DNA of 64,000 bases from Antechinus flavipes (taxonomy: Eukaryota): contig NC_067400.1 in assembly GCF_016432865.1 (NCBI RefSeq), forward strand, positions 555,086,001 to 555,150,000. Reading direction: 5' to 3'. Below the pieces are notes generated by a model. That model was not told the DNA's origin and searched no databases. It was given only the letters and a program-made list of their open reading frames with translations. Below, one piece after another: positions 1-11,085 of this stretch. Positions within the stretch are counted from its first letter, which is position 1. Each line of letters starts with the position of its first letter. The position numbers and the translations under genes were made by a program.

Positions 1-600
1 TAGTTCATTTCTCAAAAGTCCACTCATCTCTAATCGCATTACAGTCATCTGCGACATTTTATTTTGGGGCATAGGATGCCAAAGTTTGAAATTAATGTAC
101 TTTCAATCTAATCCCCAACAAATTTAGAAATCCTTTCCATACCATGGCTAATGAGTACTTTTAAAATATTTATTTGAAAAACTCCATTGATGATGGGGAG
201 CTTATTTTCTTATTTCCTCTGTCTTTCTATCTCTCTCCCTGCCTTTTCTCCTTCCCTCCCCTTTTCCTCATCCCTCATTTTCTATCTCTTTCCCTCCCTT
301 CCTACCTCTCTTCATTCCTTTCTCTCAGTTCAAGGGTTCTTCAACTTTTTTGTGTATAATCTTTTGGAATTGTGGTAAAATTTATGGACCTTTTCTCATC
401 ATAATGTTTTTTAAATGCATAAAGTAAAATATATAAGATTACAAATGAAATAATTTATATTTAAATATAGTCATCAAAATGTTTTAAAAGATCATTTAAT
501 ATAAATTATACTGATCCTTTATGTAGCCAAAAGATGCACAGAACAAATCTCCATTCATATCATTTTAGATCTGGAAACAGAATTTGTCTTCCTTCTCATC

Positions 601-1539
601 ATGTCAGACCTCAATACCTCTGAGGTTAAGCTCTTTTTCTTGATTGGGATTCCAGGGTTGGAACATATCCACGTATGGATTTCTATTCCTATCTGCCTTG
701 TGTATTTGATTGCCATCCTAGGAAACTGCACTATCTTGCTTGTGATTAAGACAGAAACTTCTCTTCATGAGCCCATGTATTATTTCCTCTCTATGTTGGC
801 CATCTCTGACCTGGGTCTTTCCCTCTCCTCCTTACCTACTATGCTGAGAATCTTCTTGTTCAATGCACCAGGAATCTCCCCTGATGCCTGCTTTACTCAA
901 GAATTCTTCATCCATGGCTTCACTGTTATGGAATCATCCGTGCTTCTGATCATGTCCTTTGATCGTTTCATAGCCATTCACAACCCCCTGAGATACAGCT
1001 CTATCTTAACTACTGCTAGAATTTCCAAAATGGGATTGGTCATGGCAATCAGGAGTTTCCTTTTAGTACTTCCATTTCCTTTGACTCTAAAAAGACTAAG
1101 CTATTGTCATAAAAACCTCTTATCCCACTCCTATTGTCTCCATCAAGATGTAATGAAGTTGGCATGTTCTGACAACAGGGTCAATGTTGTTTATGGCTTC
1201 TTTGTTGCCCTCTGTACCATGATGGACCTGGCATGCATTGCTTTGTCCTATTTACTAATCCTAAAGACAGTTCTTGGCATTGCCTCTGTCTCAGAGAGAC
1301 TCAAAGCCTTCAACACCTGTGTCTCTCATATCTGTGCTGTGCTGATCTTCTATGTACCCATCATCACCCTAGCTGCTATGCACCGCTTTGCCAAGCACAA
1401 ATCTCCACTTGTAGTGATCCTTATTGCCAACATCTTCCTGCTGGTACCACCCCTGATGAATCCCATTGTGTACTGTGTGAAAACTCGGCAGATACGAGAC
1501 AAGATCCTAGGAAAATTGTTTTCCATATGTGGTAAATAA
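601..1539 (+). CDS. OR51A7: Class I olfactory receptor, OR51A7 ortholog (312 aa, intact, single coding exon)
   Basis: OR motifs LHEPMYYFLSML, MSFDRFIAIHNPLRY, SHSYCLHQDVMKLAC, KAFNTCVSH and PPLMNPIVY. The N-terminus (SEVKLFFLIGIPGLEH) and ITLAAMHRFAKHKSPLVVILIA match human OR51A7 as I recall it. Confidence 0.92.
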   Translation: MSDLNTSEVKLFFLIGIPGLEHIHVWISIPICLVYLIAILGNCTILLVIKTETSLHEPMYYFLSMLAISDLGLSLSSLPTMLRIFLFNAPGISPDACFTQEFFIHGFTVMESSVLLIMSFDRFIAIHNPLRYSSILTTARISKMGLVMAIRSFLLVLPFPLTLKRLSYCHKNLLSHSYCLHQDVMKLACSDNRVNVVYGFFVALCTMMDLACIALSYLLILKTVLGIASVSERLKAFNTCVSHICAVLIFYVPIITLAAMHRFAKHKSPLVVILIANIFLLVPPLMNPIVYCVKTRQIRDKILGKLFSICGK

Positions 1540-1632
1540 GGGCTTGGTTAAGATTTTTCTCATTTTGATAAACATTTATAAAATCTGGTATAAAGCATTG
1601 AAAAAATACAAAGCTTAGATTAAATATAGTCC

Positions 1633-1781
1633 CAGATATCAACTGACCTTGTTATGCACCTGTATCCTTCAAGGATAACAGATTTCAAGAGCAACAGAAT
1701 GGAACAGTAATTTGCAGGAAAACTGTACTTTCTAAAGTACCTTTGAAGGATACAGGTGCATAACAAGGTCAGTTATTTCTG
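1633..1781. repeat. Inverted repeat: 32-bp perfect arms (1641-1672 / 1743-1774), imperfectly extendable to about 40 bp, 70-nt spacer
   Basis: aactgaccttgttatgcacctgtatccttcaa is the exact reverse complement of ttgaaggatacaggtgcataacaaggtcagtt. Confidence 0.95.
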
Positions 1782-2674
1782 TAACATTATTGCTGAAAAA
1801 AGATTTGGTCAATTATTACTGTGACACTAACTATGCAGTAGACACCACCATGAGCTGTCCAGAGTGCCAAAGTAGTAAAAGTTAAGTTGTTCCTTGCCTT
1901 ACATTCTGGATTTCCATTCAATCATATTGTCCCATAAATTTCTGCTGTTTCTAACTTTGTAATCAATTATATTGTTTTTCCCCATCTGTGATGCCACCTT
2001 CTAGTTTTTGGATATTCTTCCTTTTGTCCATAAAAGTGGTCTGTCTGCCCTTATTCAGGCTGCTAATTAGATAAGAAGATTGCAACTCTTTACTGACAAA
2101 TTTATGCTTCGATAATAAATTGTGCTTAGAGCTGTGTATCTCAGTTTATTTTGATTTCAATCATGACATTGGGTTGATCAAAAGCTTTATGGAAGAGCTG
2201 GCATTATAGCTAAGCATAAAAAGGATGGATATAGCAATGGAAAGACATAGGACATATAAAGAAAACTCTAAGTATAAGGAACTAAATAAGCAAAAATATG
2301 GAAGTAGAAAAATACCGGCTGTGTAAGAAGTGATGAAGCATATATTTAGAAATGGAAAGCATCTTTGATATTTTAATCCCAAACCCTATATAGGTTACTT
2401 AACCTATCAATCTCAACTTCCTCATCTGTGAAAAGAAGATAAAATAGTATCTAGAGTAATGACATAATAATAGATAATAAAAGAATATATATTCATGAGT
2501 TAAAGTTTCTATATTAAATGAGACAATATTTGTAAATTTCTTTGTAAATCTCAAAACCCTATATAAATATTTGCTACAATTAAGTGTATTTGTGTATCTA
2601 TTTGTGTTTGTTATACATATCTGCATACATGCATATACACATAAACGTGTATTTGAACAGCTTTTTCAGCTTTG

Positions 2675-3020
2675 GGTAACAGGAGAAAGAACTCTGGGAG
2701 ATGACTAAGAACCATTACATTGAATTCTCAATCCCTATATTTTTGCCCGCCTGCATTTCTGATTTCCTTCACAGGCTAATTGTACAATATTTCGGAGTCC
2801 TATTCTTTTTGTACAGCAAAATAATGGTTTGGACATGTATACTTATTTTGTATTTAATTTATACTCTAATATATTTAATACATATTGGTCATCCTGCCAT
2901 CTAGGGGAGGGGGTGGGGGAAAGGAGGGAAAAAACTGGAACAAAAAGCAATTTTCAATTGTCAATGCTGTAAAATTACCCATGCATGTAACTTGTAAATA
3001 AAAAGCTATTTAAAAAAAAA
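2675..3020 (+). mobile_element. L1 3' end (5'-truncated, marsupial type)
   Basis: L1 3'UTR-like sequence ending in a G-rich tract, then aataaaaagctattt and poly(A) at 3011-3021. The 5' boundary is approximate. Confidence 0.7.
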
Positions 3021-3449
3021 ACCTTTCCCTCTTCTTTCACTCTTATTTTTCTCCATTTTCTTCTATTTCATTATTTTGTCTTCTTGCTTCCTCTAGTATT
3101 TCTGAATCTGTGTCAAATAAATACAGGGAATGGACAATTTCATGCTTTACTTCTGCATTTACTTGAAATCTTTTAATTTCATGTTGGCTTGCTCACTTGT
3201 ATTCTGCATAATAGATGGTGCTCTCCTGCTTTTCTATTCACTAAAGAAGTGATATGTACTTGCTCCAATGCTTTTTTAGATGATCTTTCAGCAATGTTTT
3301 AGTATGATGTTCAGCGATGATTTAGATACCTTCAGTGGGAATAAAAATAGCATTAAGGTCAATTACTACAATGACAATAAATTATTTAATTGGAAAAGGC
3401 TTCAAGACAAGACTAAAGTGGGAGGAGAGTTGACTATTTATTCACATAC

Positions 3450-4762
3450 GACTGCATATTCACTCACCCTTTGAGACTAAAATTGTTTAGATTGATTCTG
3501 TTGATACTGTTAATTTTGGCCTAATAACACTAAGAAAATAGAAGTTCTTTACCAGCTAGCACCATGCCATTCATACATAGAATCCTCAATTACAACAAAT
3601 GGAGAAATTATGAATGCTGTGGATAAGTTCACTTACTTTGGCATTATATTTTCCATGGATACATAAATGTCTAATAAGGTTGACACACACATTGCCAGAG
3701 TTAGCATAGTGTTTGAGAAGCTCTGAAGGAAAGTGTGGAGGAAAAGAGGTATTAGACTGTCTACCTATATGAAGGTTTACAGAATTATTGTGCTGACTTT
3801 ATTGTTGTATGCCTGTAAACCCAGAAAGTCTATCAGCACTAAGGCAGAAATTGAATCACATCTATTTGAATTGTTTTAGGAAGATTCTGAAGATCACCAG
3901 TGTAAAGGGCTGAAACTCTGAATATGTGCATTGGAATCAGACAATGGAGTACTTAAGACTAATTACCTATTTGACAATACTCTATTAGCATATGCTTGGA
4001 AAATGGCCCTTCTCACTATTTTGTGCTGGCTCAATCTTTTGGTGTATACAGGTAATTGTAGGAGGGATTATGGGGTGGAGTAAAACAAGTCACAATCACT
4101 TTGCAGGAGGACAAGACAGAGAGAAGGGAGGCTTGTGGAGTTTCGTCCATCTCCTTTACTTCTCCCCCTAAAGACCAAGGACTTTTGCTGATTCTGACTC
4201 TGGCTGATCCTGAGGTCAACAGGGAGCTAACTCAGACTTCACACACCAGAAAAAATAAGGTATTAGATAGTGAGGTCTTTTCTCAAGCTAAACTGCTAAG
4301 CATCCAAACTCTGTTGCAGAGATCACAATTCCCAGGGAATGTACATGTTGGTCAGGGGGCAGACCTACATTTTTCTAAAAGACCATTTTACAGAGAATTC
4401 ACAAAAGGCAAGCACTCACATGGGAGTTCAGAAGAAGTCATACAAAAACACCCTCAGTCTCTCTGAAGAACTTTGGAAATCATTATGAGACATGAGAGAT
4501 GCTGGCCCAGAACCATCCAGAATGGGCAATCTACAAGGCACTATATGAGCAGCAGAATTGTGGTAGCTCAAAAGAAAATCAAGATACACAAATGAGAGAC
4601 ATCTTTACTACAAATGTTTAATTGGATTATTTGTGCCTGATGCATGATAGAGCCTTCCAAGCTTATATTACTCTGATCAGACATACCTAAAACACACTGT
4701 ACCTTTACCCACTATTATAGTAATGTCATTTTGATTCTCTTCTAGAACAAAGGAAAACAATC
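3450..4762 (+). mobile_element. RTE-class LINE (RTE1_Mars-like) 3' portion, degenerate, split by a solo LTR
   Basis: Degenerate RTE C-terminal protein is readable (NAVDKFTYFG...IARVSIVF...RKILKIT, then AKLLSIQTLLQRSQ...FYREFTKGKHSHG), with a tail ending in gaacaaaggaaaacaatca. Confidence 0.75.
3901..4243 (+). mobile_element. Solo ERV LTR (343 bp) inserted in the RTE element
   Basis: TG...CA termini (tgtaaaggg...cttcaca) and a perfect 6-bp TSD caccag at 3895-3900 and 4244-4249. The RTE reading resumes after it. Orientation is inferred. Confidence 0.85.
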
Positions 4763-4934
4763 ACATTTAGAATCTTTTAACATTCTGCTCTTACATATAA
4801 ACTTCACTTATCATTTTTGCATATTCACTTTTACAATTTTTAATGTTTCTTTTATGTATAGACTTTTTTTTATCATAAATTGGTATTATATATTTCAAAA
4901 TAATTTTCTTAATTTAGGTATCATGAATACAAAG

Positions 4935-5095
4935 CCAGAAGATATGTTGGAGACTATCTAGTCTAATCCCTTCATATTACAGTTGAAGAAAAGTGGCCTG
5001 TAAATTACTTACTCAGGGTCATACAATAATAAAGTAGTACTCAAACCCCAGTCCTCTAACACCCAATCTAATACTTGTTCCTCTATACCATATTG
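4935..5095 (-). mobile_element. MIR/CORE-SINE fragment
   Basis: ctagtctaatcccttcatattacag...cagggtcataca...caaaccccagtcctct resembles the antisense MIR core. Confidence 0.55.
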
Positions 5096-6772
5096 TCTGA
5101 ATAGTGTTATTTTTGTCATAAATATGTTCATTGTTTTCTTAATATTGAATAATCTTTGTATTTCTTTGTAAGTCCAATTTTAACAAAATGAATATTTCTT
5201 TTTTGCTATAATGTTATTGTTTGTTTTGCATTTATGTATATGTGTGTATAAACATATGTTAATTGGGACATATAGTGTCTTTAAAGTTTGGGTGAAGGTC
5301 TAAGTCTTTTGGGGGATCACCAGATATATGCACATGCATGTGTGTATATACAAAGACATGGAAATACATATATGCAAAAGTATTTGTAAACACATCTTTA
5401 TGTAATTATATATTTATATAAAATATGTATAATCCCATAGACATCTCAAATTTCAAGTGACCAAAAAGAATTTGTATTTATTTCTCTTCAAATCAACAAC
5501 CCTTCCTTTTTATGTTAAGAACACATATGTTCAAGGAGTTTCCACAATAGAAAACAGGACAGGGATGGAAGAGAGATTATAAAATATCTTGGATGCTGAA
5601 GATATCAAATATCACAGATGGGTTTATTCACATATTGGGAGGTATCTTCAGTTTCTGGATAAGCTGTTTCAGAGACATAAAAATATCTCTGTGTTATATA
5701 TTTGGCATATAAATATATTTCTTATACATTTGCACATATATGTATAAGCACTATATAGGACTTTCCAAAATTCTTAGTATAATTTTAAAACTTTTATTAG
5801 AAATAGAATTTGAGAATATATTATATATACTTTTTATGTTGAGAGTTTTGTTTTCAGTTATTCATCACACAGTACTTTTAGAAAGCTTTTCATACATTAT
5901 AATTATCATTTACTTAGCACATTTTACACATTATTTCCTTTAATTCTTAATGCAATATTAAGGGATAAGTACTATAGAAAGCATGATTCCATATTTCAAA
6001 TAAGGAAACAGACTGAGAGAGGTTTAGGAACTAATTTTATGAAGATAGTAAATTTCAGAAGCTGGATTTAAATGAGAATTTGCTTTAATCTCGGTCTGAC
6101 ACATTGTCTGCTATATCATGCTACTACATATTTCATCTTCACAGTTGAAAACACATGTTTCAATGATGGTACAGTGGCTACCTTGTTGTATTTAAAATCA
6201 GGAAGGTGTATATTCCAATCCTTCTTTCTTGACACTTGGATTATAATTCTCTGTTTCGTTTTTCTTGTATGCAAAACAGAGACAATTATATGTATTGTGC
6301 TCAAATTATCTAATGAATGTAAAATACTTGCTATACTTGAAACTGCTACATAAACATACTATATATTTGTTTCCAAAATTTGTGGATATCTCCTTCAAAG
6401 GTACAGGGGATAGCTCATTCATGCTTTCCTAGCCTATGCAATTATTCTTCATGTCCTTCCATAAATAGATCTTGTTGTTTTTATTATTATTGTTGATGTC
6501 CCTGTCATTATGCACAATTAACCATCCCAAAGTATACACAGGACACAAAAATTAGTTTAAAGTCATGATAAAAGAACTACATTATTTAATTATGATTCAA
6601 GAAAGGCTCATTAATGATCATCATATTAGTCTGGCTGTGTTTGTAATTGGATCATCTTTTGCCTTCATCCCTAAACCACCATTGCCTCCATCCTCCCAAA
6701 AATCTTATGAATCAGAAAGATTGAAGTAGCACAAGATATCTAGGAAAAAAGTGATTCTAATTTTAGCCACTT

Positions 6773-7708
6773 CTGGCAATGGAGGATTTTGATAATGACA
6801 TCCCTGATCTGTTTAGTCTTTACATTGATGACAATGAGGTTCATCAAGGGTGGGACCAACAGGTCCCCATGTACCCAATATCCATGACCATCTGAATCAA
6901 GTGAGGTGTTTGTTTCTCAAATTGGTGAATGACTGTTGGACCTATCATTGTTGTATAGAAGAGGAGTACTGCACAGATGTGAGAAACACATATGTTTAGG
7001 GCCTTGAGGCGCTCAGCCTGGGAGGCAATGGCCAACACAGTGTGGAGAATCAACACATAGGAGAGAAGGATGAGCATGGAGTCCACACCCACAGTGGAAA
7101 TGATAACAAACATGCCATAAATGCTATTGGCAGTAATGTCAGCACAAGCCAGCTTCATGACCTACTGGTGGAGGCAGTAGGAGTGGGTGAGAATTTGAGA
7201 ATCACAATAGGGGAAGCATTTGAGCACGAAAGGAAGTCGAAAAATGAGCACCACACTTCGACCAAAGGAGCCCAGTCCAATTCTGCTGACCCTATTGGTA
7301 AGAATGGAGGTATATCTCAGAGGATGGCAAATGACAATTAAGCAATTGAATGCCATGAAAAGTAGCATTGAGGATTCTAGGAAAGACAGGCAGTGGATAA
7401 AAAAGAGTTGAGCAAAGCAAGCATCATGGGCAATCTCTCGGGTGCCAAATAAGAAGATACCCAGTACTGTGGGAAGAGTGCATATGGATAGGCCCAGATC
7501 TATCATTGCCAGCATAGACAGGAAAAAAATACATATAGATTCTGTTTTGATAATGAAAAGAATTATGCAGTTCCCCAGGATAGACACAAGGTGCATAGAA
7601 AATAATAGGGATGGAGATCCAGATGTAGATATGCTCCAATCCAGAGAGACCACTTAAGAGAAAGGTAGAAGGCCTAAGAGTGCTGTTTCCAAATGATTCC
7701 AGAGTCAT
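6773..7708 (-). pseudogene. OR51G2: OR51G2-like pseudogene
   Basis: ATG at 7708 (MTLESFGNSTLRPSTFLLSG). Lesions relative to 14062-15003: +1 frameshift near 7604, net 12-nt loss destroying LHEPMY, DRL changed to NCL, a 3-nt deletion, in-frame TAG at 7162-7164, an 8-nt gain near 6870, and the original stop changed to CAG. Confidence 0.92.
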
Positions 7709-8584
7709 GTTGGAGGGAGGAGGAAAGTTCAGGTTCTTACTCTGATGAACTAAACAGCTACTGTTTTCTACAGGCAGTAGAAGCCTGGATAGGAATTCGA
7801 ATGATGAATTACACAGCATCTCAAGTCTCAGAACTTGCAAGGATACTTTAAAAATAATCTAATCAAATTTTATCATTTTCCAGAGAAGAAAACTAAGATT
7901 TAGAAGAGCTATGTAATTCTCCCAGTATCACACAGTTAGTAAATAGAAAATTCAAAATTGACATGATTTTCTCTTGTCAAATTTTGGATCCTTCTACAAT
8001 ATAATATAGACTTAATAAACCTAATACTGAAAATATTCTCCAGAATCATACAAACCATCTTCATAACTCTAGATAAGACTTCATTTGAATTAAACCAAAT
8101 TTCCCTATTTTTCCTATTCTTAAACATTTCCTGCCCAAATTATATTCCTCAATATGCCTCATTTTTGATTTCTCCTTTTTATCTTTCATGCCATTGGAAA
8201 CTTCTTGCTAATATCTAGTCTTATTTACTCTTGCTTCACTTATTGTCCATCTTTCTTTTACTCTAAGGATGACTTATCACAGATAAAAAAATAGGAAAAG
8301 TAACTAGAGCATGGTAATTGTGAGAATAATAATATGGTTTTATTCTCAATATATACTGAACTTCCTGTAGAGAAATATCACATTTTTCCAGTAAATAAAA
8401 GATTCATTCCTAACCCTGACCAGAGATTGTGTCATAATCAAGGACATAGATTGAATTCTAAAATGAGGCATGAATTGCATTCTAATTCCAATCAAAGACT
8501 AAGTTCTGATGTTGATAAACCCATTTGTCCTAACCCTGTTTAAATACTGACCTTTATCATGCAATGTAACAATAATTCTTATAA

Positions 8585-8880
8585 TAAAAAAATTATGTAG
8601 CACTTGTCATATGCCAGACACTGTGCTAAATGCTTTATAATTATTATTCTCATTTAAATTTAATCAGAGCATCCATTCCTTTTCTAATTCTTTGTTACCA
8701 CCTTTGCACCAGAATGACACTGGGAGTTAGGTACTATTATTATCCTCATTTTATATGAGGATATGAGAAAACCAAGGAAAATGGAGGTAAATAACTTCTC
8801 CAAGGTCATAGTTTGTAAGTGTCTGAGTTTCAATTATCCTGACCCCAGGCCATGGCATTTTCTCTACTGGGTACTTTGCT
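8585..8880 (-). mobile_element. MIR/Ther-like SINE (paralogous copy at about 15878-16110)
   Basis: tagcacttgtcatatgccagacactgtgctaaatgcttt...attatcctcattttat...ccaaggtcatag is a typical antisense MIR. Confidence 0.6.
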
Positions 8881-9138
8881 ATAAAAGAATGAACTCCAAT
8901 CACAGACCAAAACTTAACCCCAACCAAGTGTCTCATAAACATTTACCATTAGTGACAAGGGAAATCAGAAAAAGATGTTATATTGTTCATTACAGATTTT
9001 CCTTACTGTTGGGTACAGAGTCTACAGAACATAGGATATTTGAATTAGGAAAGTGTAGATGATGACTTAAAACAGAACATAAAATGACAAAGCAAAAAAG
9101 GATTTTTGAATATAGAACATAGAATATTAGAGGAAAAA

Positions 9139-9663
9139 TGTTAGGATTCTTATAAGGTGCTAAATCAGTGGAATTGATGAGATAATGATTCTCTAATTTA
9201 CATGTACTTACTATAATTCCACAAGATTCACACCTTTAAGAGAGCATAAATAAGGAGGAACTGTCAGGGCCAAGAAGGATAAGCCCACTAAAGGAGAAGC
9301 CTACTAGAATCTCATTCAGAGAAAGCTAGAGGCAGAATCTGGCAGAGGCAGAGGACTAGCAGCAGGAACTCTCGGAACCAAGATTACAGAAGGCCTCCAG
9401 AAAACTAGCCGAGCCCCAAGTGAAGGAGACAAGACTTAAAAGGAGAAAATAAAGGTTTTGGATTTTAACTCCTAGCTGCATTTGGGATGATTACACTGAA
9501 TTGAAAGGAAGGCTGCTCCCAGAAGCCTCCCAAGAAACCTGCTTCCACAGACTATATGACATTGATGTTGATAAACCTGTTTGTCCTAACCCTGTTTAAA
9601 TACTGACTTAAGTACTGAGAAGTACTGAGAAGAACATGACATTTTGGCGCCTGAATGTGAGAC
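9139..9663 (+). mobile_element. ERV 5' LTR (9139-9641) followed by a tRNA-Lys-like primer binding site (PBS, 9645-9663); internal region truncated
   Basis: Begins tgttagg exactly where homology to unit 2 stops, contains aataaa near 9449, and ends atgaca. It is followed by tggcgcctgaatgtgagac, similar to the Lys PBS TGGCGCCCGAACAGGGAC with CpG decay. Confidence 0.7.
9563..9607 (+). repeat. 45-bp direct copy of 8507-8551 embedded in the LTR
   Basis: tgatgttgataaacc(ca/tg)tttgtcctaaccctgtttaaatactgac, 43/45 identical. Confidence 0.95.
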
Positions 9664-9719
9664 AGACATGATCCTGATTTCAGTGGAAAAGTCTCAAGGA
9701 ATCTAATTATTCCTGTTGG

Positions 9720-10760
9720 TTTTCAAATTCTGCAACAGTATCAACAATTTTTCCTCTCAGGGAATGCAATGATTTCTGCAGATTTTGTTCTTAGGTCTTC
9801 TCTTTTGTTTTGAGGTTTTTCTCTTTTTTGTCAAGCTTCATACAATGCTCATCCGCCTCCATTGTATAGCTTTTTTGAGCCTCTTGTGTGAACGAATTGT
9901 CCCCTTATACTATCCCTTTCCTCTTTTTTTCAGTATAGATCTTATTCCACTCCTTAATGTCTTTTTCTTTGATGTCATCACATCAGAATCTATTCACAAT
10001 CACACCCTCAGTCCATGCGATGGCCCTTTCTGTCTGCTCCAGTGACACATAGTTTTCAAGAGTTATAGGTAATGTTTTCCTATGAAGGGATGTAAACAGT
10101 TCATCCTTTAAATATATATTTCCCCCAGTTTACTTTTTATGGTTTTCTTAAGTCCTGTGTTTATATTTTAAATTTTCTGTTTAGTTCTGTTTTTTTTTTC
10201 AATAGAAATGATTGAAAGTCTCTGACTTCATTGAAGCTCCATCTCCTCTTCTGAAAAATGATGCTGAATCTTGCTGCTGAATTAATTCTTGGTCATAACC
10301 CAAGGTCCTTTGCCTTCGGGAAAGGTCCTCCATTCCTTTATTGTAGAAGCTGCCAGATCCTGGATAATCCTAATTGCAGCTCTCTGATATTTGAATTGTT
10401 TTTGTCTGGAAGCTTACAATATTTTTTCCTTGAGATTATAGTTTTGGAGTTTTGCAACAATGTTCCTTGGAATTTTCCCAATGGGATCTCTTTCCAGAGG
10501 TGATAGATGAATTCTTTCAATAAGTATTTCCCCCTCTACTTCTAGAATATTAGGGCAGTTTTCCTTAATGACACTATTTTTAGTCTTGGTCTTCAGGTAT
10601 AATTTTTAAATTGTCTCTTCTATTTACCAGGTCAGCTGTTTTTCCAATGAGGTATTTCGCATTTTCTCCCATTAGTTAGTTTGATTGATTCTTGTTGTCT
10701 CATAAAATCATTAGCTTCCATTTTCCCTGTTCTAATTTATTTTCTAGCTGTCTTACCTGT
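9720..10760 (-). mobile_element. L1 fragment (ORF1 and inter-ORF region), antisense
   Basis: The minus strand encodes frameshifted L1 ORF1-like peptide (RDPIGKIPRNIVAKLQNYNLKEKILXASRQKQFKYQ-like). The gggatgtaaacagttca inter-ORF motif lies near 10088. Confidence 0.6.
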
Positions 10761-10864
10761 TAATTATTCCTCTTCACATTTGTAAATTGACTAAGTATAT
10801 CACCAATATCCTCTTTTTTTTTCTTTTAAAAATGAATCGTAGATACCTCCCAAATGTAAAGGCC

Positions 10865-11085
10865 CTGTGGTGAAGCTGCTAGGTAGATCTCTTTAAAGTT
10901 TAAATCCTGTATTAATAGTATGATCTGAAGAAGTCACTTTATCTTCCTAAATCTCAGCAACCTTACCTTTTAAAAGGGAAAAATAAAAGCATCTAATTCC
11001 TGAATTTGTAAAAATTAAAGGAGATAACATATAAAAAGCTTTTTAGAACTTAAAAGTTTCATGTAAATTCAAACTATTATCATTA
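10865..11085 (+). mobile_element. MIR fragment
   Basis: tgatctgaagaagtcactttatcttcctaaatctcag...ggagataacatataaaaagcttttt resembles the MIR core and tail. Confidence 0.55.

Noticed and set aside
6072-6353. Paralogous small ORFs MRICFNLGLTH / MRISHNLGLTH (13322-13570)
   Set aside because: They begin in MIR-derived sequence inside the duplicated unit, differ in length, and show no recognisable domain or codon-level constraint.
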